Source: an uncultured bacterium (GTDB taxonomy: Bacteria > Actinomycetota > Acidimicrobiia > Spongiisociales > UBA5794). Taken from it: 64,000 nucleotides of DNA. The notes under the pieces were generated by a model. It made no database searches. It saw nothing but the letters and a program-made list of their open reading frames with translations, and had not been told where the DNA came from. The DNA lies in contig CAWDDT010000006.1 of the NCBI GenBank assembly GCA_963801165.1, forward strand, positions 320,001 to 384,000, in the 5' to 3' direction. Positions 57,057 through 64,000 of this stretch are shown one piece after another. The position numbers were made by a program, and so were the translations under genes. Each line of letters begins with the position of its first letter. Position 1 is the stretch's first letter.

Positions 57057-57127
57057 GGCACCTCTCATCGCGGCGGGGAGTATATCTACGGCGTAACCGT
57101 TCCCAACCACCTTTTCGGTGGCTCTCC

Positions 57128-58012
57128 TCAAATCTTGAACTCAATCGCGGCGGGCAGCACAGTAACCGAAATCGGGCCGAACCCCAGCCGCTCGCCATCT
57201 GCCTCGACCGGCCAGTCGGGCGGCGCGTGGATTATGACATCTTTCCCGGTCGTCCGCCGCAGATTGCGGTGCTGTAGATGCATCCCTCGGACTACCCGCG
57301 GCATCACGCTGAAAGCCTTGCGGCGCGGCCCCGAGAAGACCTGTACATCGACAATACCGTCGCCCGCGCTGGCGCGGGGAGCAATGTTCATTCCCCCGCC
57401 GAAGAACTGCCCGTTGGCCACCACCACCTCGATCGCTTGCCCCGAGATCCTCCTCTTCCCGTCTACATCCACGTCGACAACGGCCGGGCCGAACAGGGGA
57501 AGCGCCAGCCAGAAGGCGATCGCATAGCGCTTCTCCCCCACCCACCTCGGCATACGGAGTGCGGTCGTCACCGCCGCGGCGCCGACCCCCAGCTCGATAG
57601 CGTTGAGGGCGTACACGGTGCCGAAGCCGGCATCGATGCGCATCACGTCGGTCGGATACCACGCTTCCGTCGCCAGGTGACCGGCGACGCCTTCGATAGT
57701 CCTGGGTAGGGCAAACGTCCTGATGAAGTCGGAGCCGCTGCCTGCAGGCAGGATCGCCAAACCGGGCGGTTGCTCCCACTGTTGCCCCATCAAACCGTTG
57801 AGAACGAGATGCGCGGTGCCGTCGCCCCCGACACCGGCAAACTTCCGTACCCCTGCCTGCCTGCCTCTGGCCACTATCTCGCCCACGTCCTGGGGCCGGG
57901 CCGACTCGTGGATCTCGAAGACGACGCCTGCCCTGGTGAGCGCGGCGTCGACACGGGCGACGAGGTCCTGCCTTCTCCCCGCCGCAGGGTTCACTATCAC
58001 CCACCAGGTCAC
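57128..58012 (-). CDS. Diacylglycerol/lipid kinase family protein
   Basis: IVNPAAG, GGDGT, PAGSGSDF, NGQFFGGGM, ADGE. Confidence 0.9.
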   Translation of the reverse strand: MTWWVIVNPAAGRRQDLVARVDAALTRAGVVFEIHESARPQDVGEIVARGRQAGVRKFAGVGGDGTAHLVLNGLMGQQWEQPPGLAILPAGSGSDFIRTFALPRTIEGVAGHLATEAWYPTDVMRIDAGFGTVYALNAIELGVGAAAVTTALRMPRWVGEKRYAIAFWLALPLFGPAVVDVDVDGKRRISGQAIEVVVANGQFFGGGMNIAPRASAGDGIVDVQVFSGPRRKAFSVMPRVVRGMHLQHRNLRRTTGKDVIIHAPPDWPVEADGERLGFGPISVTVLPAAIEFKI

Positions 58013-60507
58013 GCCCGACCTCCTACGGCAACCACGCCGCGGTCGACGGCGGCGATACCCCGGGCGGCGGCCGTCCGCAACCCCGGGAACCCGTCCCGCA
58101 GCTGTCTCATCACGTCGATGAGCTGACGGCAGTTGCGCACGAAGTCCCCAGCAACGAGATCGTCGCCGAACAGGTCCTCGAGGTCGTGGCCGGCTGCCCA
58201 GGCGTGCGCCGTCGCCGCAAAGCCCGGCTCCGGCAGTCGCGACTCGGGAAGACCCGCCTTGCGCTCGGCGGCGATGAGCTGGCCCGCGAGCGCTTCGATC
58301 TGTTCCACCCGGGCGACCACGGCGCCCGGCGGAGCCGCCTCCGGACCTTCGGCTCTGCGCGCCTCATATGTGAACAATGTGGTGAGCGCGGCCAGGTGGG
58401 CACCATCGAGATCGTCGAACAAACCCCGCGCTACGGACTCGACCAGCAGCAGGTCGAGCTCGTTGTAGACGAAGCGCAACTGTTTGCCCTTGTCCGTCAG
58501 CGACCACCCACGCACGCAGCCCCATTCCTCGAGCAAAGTCAAGATAGAGCGGAATGTAGCAACCAAACCCTCTTCGGTGCGCTCGAGACGCCGCCGGAGA
58601 CGGCGCACATCCTTGTCCGCCTGCTGGAATCTGCGCACCGCTGAGAGATGCTCGGCTAGCCGCGGGCAACGACCAACCCCGTCGGAGGCCCCGGCGTGCT
58701 CCCGTACCACGAACCCCGGGTCGGGTACCCACTCCCGTAGCCGCCGCGCCACGCTGCTGCGATATCCCCCGTCCCGGGACCGAACCGGCTCGGGCAGCTC
58801 CAGCCGACCGACGATTGCCACCATGGGGTTGAGGTGGTCGGCGCTGATCCGGTGTTCCTCCCCCACCGGGTCGACAAACGCCATACGGGGATTCGCCCCC
58901 CAGCCGCGCGCCAGCAGCACCCAGGGCCCGGCGGCGTCCGGCCCTTGAGTGACCACATCACCCTCGTGCAGCTGCTGGGCGAAGTCGCGCAGCGTCTGCC
59001 CCAGGTTCAGCGGCGCACCTTCGGCGCTCTCGACGAACGTCCAGATGTCTCCCCGCTCGCACCCGGCCGCCGACCGGAAATGGGCGGCCTCCTCCTCGCG
59101 CTCCCGCAGGTGCTCTTCGAGCTCGGACCGCCGGTGGGCAGATCGGAATTCGGCAAACGAGGCACCGAGGAGACGCTCGGCAGCCTCCTGGGTGTAGTTC
59201 GCAATCAGGTTCGCCGCCATGTTGTACGTGGGCTGGAAGCTCGACACCAGCGGATGGCTGCCCTCAGCAGCAATGGCAGCGACCCGCTCGAAGGGCACGT
59301 CGAAGTTGTGCAGCACCACCGCAGTCCCCATCGTGTCGATTCCCCGCCGGCCCGCCCTTCCGGTCAGCTGGGTGTAGTCACCCGGCTGGATGATCTCGTG
59401 CGCCTCGCCGTTGAACTTGGAGAGACGTTCCAGCACCACGGTACGGGCGGGCATGTTGATCCCGAGCGAGAGGGTCTCGGTGGCAAAGACCAGCTTCACC
59501 AAACCGGCGGAGAAGAGATCTTCCACCGTCTCCTTGAAGGCCGGCACCATCCCGGCGTGGTGTGCGGCTACGCCCCGCTCCAGCCGCTCCAGCCAGGTCG
59601 CGTATCCGAGCGCGTGGAGGTCGCGCTCCGGGAGGTGCTCGGTGAGCGCCGACACCCGCTCCCTGATCTCGGCCCGCTCCTCGTCCGAGGTGAGGGCGTG
59701 GGCGCCGGCAACCAGGTCCGCCGCCTGGTCACAGCCCGCACGCGAGAAGATGAAGTAGATAGCAGGCAGCAACCCGCTGTCCCGTAGCTCCTCGGCCACC
59801 TCGAGCCGACGAGGTGCCGCAAAGCGGCGGTACCGCCCTCTCCCCTTCTGGAGCATCCGGACCACCTCGGGATTCGCCTTCTTGCCCCGGAACACGGGCA
59901 GCATCGCCACCACACCTTCCCGATGGCGGTCCTTGACCATGTACATGCTCTCCAGCGGCACGGGCCGGTGTGTCTCGACCACCAGTTCGGTTTCCCCTCC
60001 CCGCCTGCTCCTCACCCACGCCGTGAACTCCCCGGGATTGGCGATCGTCGCAGAAAGACACACGAGGGGGACGCGCTGGGGAAGATGGATGATGACCTCC
60101 TCCCACACCGAGCCCCGGTATCGGTTCTGCAGATAGTGGACCTCGTCGAGGATCACGACGGCCAGACCCTCGAGTGCATGCGACTCTGCGTAGATCATGT
60201 TGCGGAGTACTTCGGTGGTCATCACGACAATCGGAGCGTCGCCGTTTATCACGTTGTCGCCGGTGAGCAGCCCGACGCGGGCCTCCCCATACGCAGCACA
60301 GAAGTCGCCGTACTTCTGGTTCGAGAGGGCCTTGATCGGTGTCGTGTAGAAGGCACGCCCGCCCCCGGCCACCGCCAGGGAGACGGCTTGCTCGGCAATG
60401 TATGTCTTCCCGGCACCGGTCGGCGCCACGACAACAACCGACTTGCCCGCCTCGATGTGAGCCACCGCCTCGGTCTGGAACGGATCGGGGGTGATTGTGC
60501 CCGTCAT
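58009..60507 (-). CDS. helY: Ski2-like DEAD/DEAH RNA helicase (HelY)
   Basis: APTGAGKT, PIKALSNQK, DEVH, LSAT, ATETLSLGINMPA, QLTGRAGRRG. Confidence 0.9.
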   Translation of the reverse strand: MTGTITPDPFQTEAVAHIEAGKSVVVVAPTGAGKTYIAEQAVSLAVAGGGRAFYTTPIKALSNQKYGDFCAAYGEARVGLLTGDNVINGDAPIVVMTTEVLRNMIYAESHALEGLAVVILDEVHYLQNRYRGSVWEEVIIHLPQRVPLVCLSATIANPGEFTAWVRSRRGGETELVVETHRPVPLESMYMVKDRHREGVVAMLPVFRGKKANPEVVRMLQKGRGRYRRFAAPRRLEVAEELRDSGLLPAIYFIFSRAGCDQAADLVAGAHALTSDEERAEIRERVSALTEHLPERDLHALGYATWLERLERGVAAHHAGMVPAFKETVEDLFSAGLVKLVFATETLSLGINMPARTVVLERLSKFNGEAHEIIQPGDYTQLTGRAGRRGIDTMGTAVVLHNFDVPFERVAAIAAEGSHPLVSSFQPTYNMAANLIANYTQEAAERLLGASFAEFRSAHRRSELEEHLREREEEAAHFRSAAGCERGDIWTFVESAEGAPLNLGQTLRDFAQQLHEGDVVTQGPDAAGPWVLLARGWGANPRMAFVDPVGEEHRISADHLNPMVAIVGRLELPEPVRSRDGGYRSSVARRLREWVPDPGFVVREHAGASDGVGRCPRLAEHLSAVRRFQQADKDVRRLRRRLERTEEGLVATFRSILTLLEEWGCVRGWSLTDKGKQLRFVYNELDLLLVESVARGLFDDLDGAHLAALTTLFTYEARRAEGPEAAPPGAVVARVEQIEALAGQLIAAERKAGLPESRLPEPGFAATAHAWAAGHDLEDLFGDDLVAGDFVRNCRQLIDVMRQLRDGFPGLRTAAARGIAAVDRGVVAVGGRA

Positions 60508-61211
60508 TTATGGAGGATGAATCTGATGGAAAGGATCGAAAGCTCGTAGAGGATGTACATCGGTGTCGACAGCAGGGCGAGGCTGAGCGGGTCGCCGCCC
60601 GGTGTCAGCAGCGCGGCTGCGATGACAACGAACAAGAACGCCCAACGTCGCTGCCTGCGGAGCGTATGGCTGGAGACGAGACCAAGGGCGGCGGCAGCAA
60701 AGATGAACACCGGATACTGGAACGCTATGCCGAAAGCCAGCAGGAAGCGCATGGCGAAGCTGAAATAGTAATTGACCCCGATCGTCTCTCGCAGCAGACC
60801 GCCGCCAAAGCTGAAGAGGACCCGCAGTGCGAGGGGCAGTGTGTAGTAGCCGAGCGCGATCCCGGCCACGAACAGCAGCGCCATGACCCCCGAGAGGGGG
60901 TACACGTAGCGCCGCTCCCGCTTGGTCAAGGCAGGTCCGATGAAGCGCCAGATCTGGTAGATGATCACCGGGCTGGCCAGGATCACACCGCCGAACAGCG
61001 CCACGCGCAACGCCAGCGAGATCGGTTCGGTCGGTTGGAAGAAGGCAAGTGGCTGGTCGGTGGCGTCGGAGTATGGCTTTGCCAGGAGGTCGAGGATCGG
61101 CACGTAGAGAATGAACCCGACGACGCTGCCCAGCGCCACCGCGACCGCGGACTTGATGACGCGCGAGCGCAGCTCTCTCAGGTGATTCATCAGCGGCATG
61201 CGAGCTGCCAT
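60504..61211 (-). CDS. tatC: Twin-arginine translocase subunit TatC
   Basis: MPLMNHLRELRSR, YQIWRFIGPAL, FGIAFQYP, LTPGGDP, LYE. Confidence 0.95.
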   Translation of the reverse strand: MAARMPLMNHLRELRSRVIKSAVAVALGSVVGFILYVPILDLLAKPYSDATDQPLAFFQPTEPISLALRVALFGGVILASPVIIYQIWRFIGPALTKRERRYVYPLSGVMALLFVAGIALGYYTLPLALRVLFSFGGGLLRETIGVNYYFSFAMRFLLAFGIAFQYPVFIFAAAALGLVSSHTLRRQRRWAFLFVVIAAALLTPGGDPLSLALLSTPMYILYELSILSIRFILHK

Positions 61212-61609
61212 CAGCCGTCAGACCCGTCGCCGGCATCCGCCGGATCGTCATCCTTGGTTTCAGAAGACGCCGTCTCGGGTTCACCGAGCTTGGACTCGAT
61301 TTCCTCCTTCGCCTCCGCCAGCTGCTCCTCGAGCTCCTTCTTGGCGCGAGCTATGTCGTCGTTCAAAGAGGCCATCGACGACTCGAGATCCGTCTTCATC
61401 CCCATCAGCTCCCGACGCACGTCCTGGATGGGCTTGGCCACTTCGTTCCATTCCTCCTCGTACTCCTGACGGAGATCGGTGACCATGCCCCGCGCCTTCC
61501 GCACAAACTGGCCCGTCTTGCGCGCCATCTCCGGCAGCCGATCCGGGCCAAACACGATGAGGATGATGACCACGATGGTCACGATCTCGGACAGGGAGAG
61601 GTTCGCCAT
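61211..61609 (-). CDS. Twin-arginine translocase TatA/TatB-family subunit
   Basis: EIVTIVVIILIVFGPDRLPEMARKTG followed by an amphipathic/coiled tail. Confidence 0.88.
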   Translation of the reverse strand: MANLSLSEIVTIVVIILIVFGPDRLPEMARKTGQFVRKARGMVTDLRQEYEEEWNEVAKPIQDVRRELMGMKTDLESSMASLNDDIARAKKELEEQLAEAKEEIESKLGEPETASSETKDDDPADAGDGSDG

Positions 61610-61677
61610 ACGACCGGAAATGGTAGTTGTCCGTTCGACCTGCGTAGCGGTCGAGGCCCCGCTCCCGCCCAACGAGA

Positions 61678-61704
61678 AAGCGCCGGTCGTTGTGACCGGC
61701 GCTT
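61678..61704 (-). terminator. Intrinsic terminator-like hairpin
   Basis: AAGCGCCGGTC-GTTGT-GACCGGCGCTT. Confidence 0.65.
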
Positions 61705-61730
61705 CGGGGAGTATGGGCTGGGGGTGGTTC

Positions 61731-62024
61731 TCAGCTGGTAGCCAGCTCTGAGAACCAGTCGTCGCTGTCTAGAGAGGACACGAAACCGTCGATCTCGGTC
61801 TCGGTGATGGGGCCGGTGGTAGCGATGATGTCATACTCGACACCGGTCGCCAGGAGGATGCTCACGACCCGGTGATTGGCCGGACGGCGCTGAGTGATTC
61901 CGCAGAAGGGGCAGGAAAACCTGTAGGTTCCGCTTGATGTCTCCGAGCTGAGCTCGAGACCGATGTCGGCAGTAGTGAGTTCTACGTCGCCGCAGCGGTT
62001 GCACGTAGTTCTGATCGTGGTCAT
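61731..62024 (-). CDS. Small hypothetical zinc-ribbon protein
   Basis: MTTIRTTCNRCGDVEL...YRFSCPFC; GGAG RBS. Confidence 0.75.
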   Translation of the reverse strand: MTTIRTTCNRCGDVELTTADIGLELSSETSSGTYRFSCPFCGITQRRPANHRVVSILLATGVEYDIIATTGPITETEIDGFVSSLDSDDWFSELATS

Positions 62025-62130
62025 TTGCCCTACTCCAGTGAGCGTATGTTTCTCTCCCTTGACATCGGCAAAACGACCCGCCGCTAAATGACTATTTGCA
62101 GGGTAGTCATTCGGAGTAGCCCGGGGTTCG

Positions 62131-63066
62131 TCACCCCTGTTCACCATATCGGGCGAGGATCCGGCCGCGCAGGTCCGCGGCCCTGGCGGCAACTTCGTCG
62201 CCTTCAACTAGCTCCACCGACCGTCCCAGCCGCACCAGCAACCGGGCGATGACCGAGGCATCAGACGCAGAGAAGCGAACCTCCAGCCCGGAACTCGTGT
62301 CCCGAACCGTCTCGACCGGGTAGTACGACGCAACCCAGCGGGCCTCGTCGTGGAGCCGGATGACGGCACGGACATCCTCCTCGGCGGGCATGTAGCCGAT
62401 CTCGGGAGTGATGTCACGGTCGGGTGGCTCAAAGCGCTCATCTGTTGTCTTCAGGGTCCTGATGCGATCGACCCGGAACACTCGCTCCGCCGCCGCCGAC
62501 CGGCAGTACGCTCTGACGTACCAGTTGCCCAGAGTGCTGAACACCACCCAAGGTTCGATGTCGCGGGTTGTCGTTTTCCCGGTCGCCAGCGCCGTGTAGA
62601 CGATCTCCACGACCGTCCGCTCCTGCGCCGCCCTACGCAGTTCGGAGACAAGAGGCGGCTCCGCCAGATCGACGACCAGGTTCCCCTCGTCACCGCCGAG
62701 AACCGACCTCTGAAGTTTGTCGATGGCCCCGCGCAGCGCCGCGGGGGCCTGGCCCGTCGACAGCAGCGCCATCCCGGCCGCCAACAGGTAGAGCGCTTCG
62801 GGTGGAGTGAGCCGGATCGGGTTGGCGAAGTAGTCGGCCAGTTCGACCACGACCTCGTCCTCGTCGATGTAGGCCACCATGAGATCGCCCGGGCCGTAAC
62901 CGGGCAGCCCGCAAACGAAAACCAGGTTGAGATCTGCGGCAAGCTCCGCGCTGGTATAGCCGAACCGCTCGCAGACCTCGTCGACGGTGCTGCCGGGGTT
63001 GGCGATGACCCAGGGCAGCATGGCGAGGAGGCGGTTCAGCCGTTTCGCGGTCTTCGGGCTCGTCAT
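62131..63066 (-). CDS. pafC: WYL-domain transcription factor PafC
   Basis: RLLAMLPWV...CGLPGYGPGDL...WYVRAYC...FRVDRI. Confidence 0.9.
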   Translation of the reverse strand: MTSPKTAKRLNRLLAMLPWVIANPGSTVDEVCERFGYTSAELAADLNLVFVCGLPGYGPGDLMVAYIDEDEVVVELADYFANPIRLTPPEALYLLAAGMALLSTGQAPAALRGAIDKLQRSVLGGDEGNLVVDLAEPPLVSELRRAAQERTVVEIVYTALATGKTTTRDIEPWVVFSTLGNWYVRAYCRSAAAERVFRVDRIRTLKTTDERFEPPDRDITPEIGYMPAEEDVRAVIRLHDEARWVASYYPVETVRDTSSGLEVRFSASDASVIARLLVRLGRSVELVEGDEVAARAADLRGRILARYGEQG

Positions 63067-63980
63067 AGCCCCTCCGTCACCCGCTCGATGAGGCGTCTCC
63101 GCAACTCTGGCGGGTCGAGCAGCTCGGCCTTCTCTTCAAATGCGAGGACCCAGCCGATGAACGCCTCCGGGTTGGCGACCGGCAATTCGACCTCGATGCC
63201 ACCGTCTGGCGTCTCCACCACACTGCCCCGTGTGCCGATTTGACGCCGCGCCCACCAAGCCATTTCGGGATCGACACGAACCGTCGCCATCTGCTCCTCG
63301 CCACCGGCTTCCCAGGCGGTTTCCGGGATGAACTCGGAGGCGCGGAAGCCGGCGGGACGCTCGAACGCCTTCGGCGTCTCCCCGGCGGACACCGCCCCGG
63401 CCCTGTCCATCCGGAACACCTTCACCACCCCGTCGTCGGCGCCTACGAGATACCAGTGGCCACGGCGGTGCACCAGACCGTAAGCGGCAACCCGCCGGGG
63501 ACGCCCCCGGTAGGTCAAGCGGAGAAACCGACGTTCGGCGATCGCCAGAAACGCGGTGCCGAGGTCTTCGGAGCCCTCCGCGAGCGAGGCCGCCAGCGGC
63601 TCTCCGGACACGACGGCCGGCGCTCCGCCGAGTTTGAACAACGCCTCGGGGGCAGCCACCCCACCCAGCCGCACGACCTCGGCCGCCAGCCACAGCGCAG
63701 CCCGCTCCTCGTCGGTGAGACCGGGATCGGGCAGGGCATATGCCTCCGGATCCACAACATAGCCGTGCTCGACTTGCCAACCGTCGGTGGGCGCCAGCTC
63801 GATCGGAATGCCCAGCCGGCGCAGCAGGTCCTTGTCCCGCTCGAACATACGGTGGAAAGCGTCGTCGGTGCTCTGGTCGTAACCGGCGATCGTGGTGCGG
63901 ATCTCCTCGGCCGTGACCGGCCGGTTGGCCGTCAGCAGGTAGGCGAGCAGGTTGAGGATTCGTTCGATGACTTTGTGCAC
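63063..63980 (-). CDS. pafB: WYL-domain transcription factor PafB
   Basis: ERILNLL...RMFERDKDLLRRLGIP...WYLVG...FRMDR. Confidence 0.9.
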   Translation of the reverse strand: MHKVIERILNLLAYLLTANRPVTAEEIRTTIAGYDQSTDDAFHRMFERDKDLLRRLGIPIELAPTDGWQVEHGYVVDPEAYALPDPGLTDEERAALWLAAEVVRLGGVAAPEALFKLGGAPAVVSGEPLAASLAEGSEDLGTAFLAIAERRFLRLTYRGRPRRVAAYGLVHRRGHWYLVGADDGVVKVFRMDRAGAVSAGETPKAFERPAGFRASEFIPETAWEAGGEEQMATVRVDPEMAWWARRQIGTRGSVVETPDGGIEVELPVANPEAFIGWVLAFEEKAELLDPPELRRRLIERVTEGL

Positions 63981-64000
63981 GGCGCCGACATTAGACCCCT

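Overview
High-GC actinobacterial chromosome segment; gene content is Acidimicrobiia-like (inference). The right two-thirds is mostly conserved core: pafBC-tatA/B-tatC-helY, tlyA-nadK-recN-pyrG-xerD, scpAB-rluB-aroA-cmk, ispH and der. A glycine-betaine/dimethylglycine/sarcosine catabolic cluster, a DUF222-HNH gene and REP-like palindromes interrupt it. The left third is an accessory region built up at the 3' end of a tRNA-Pro(GGG) gene (18711-18784, minus strand). (i) A ~9 kb integrative mobilizable element (9765-18756) carries a tyrosine integrase, an XRE repressor, an excisionase and a MOB-F relaxase. Its cargo is a compact 'mau-like' operon: MauE-like, MauD-like thioredoxin, a Tat-exported 20-cysteine peptide, a MauF/CcdA-like membrane protein with an in-frame TGA where a Cys is expected (candidate selenoprotein), and an exported coiled-coil protein. 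(ii) An apparently older segment (5221-9765), bounded by a third degenerate att copy, carries a translationally coupled MBL-hydrolase + caspase + unknown (DUF2188-like tail) operon, a candidate defence/conflict system. (iii) A papain/C39-like peptidase is followed by a stand-alone copy of its own C-terminal domain. All family calls come from motif recognition by eye; no searches were run.
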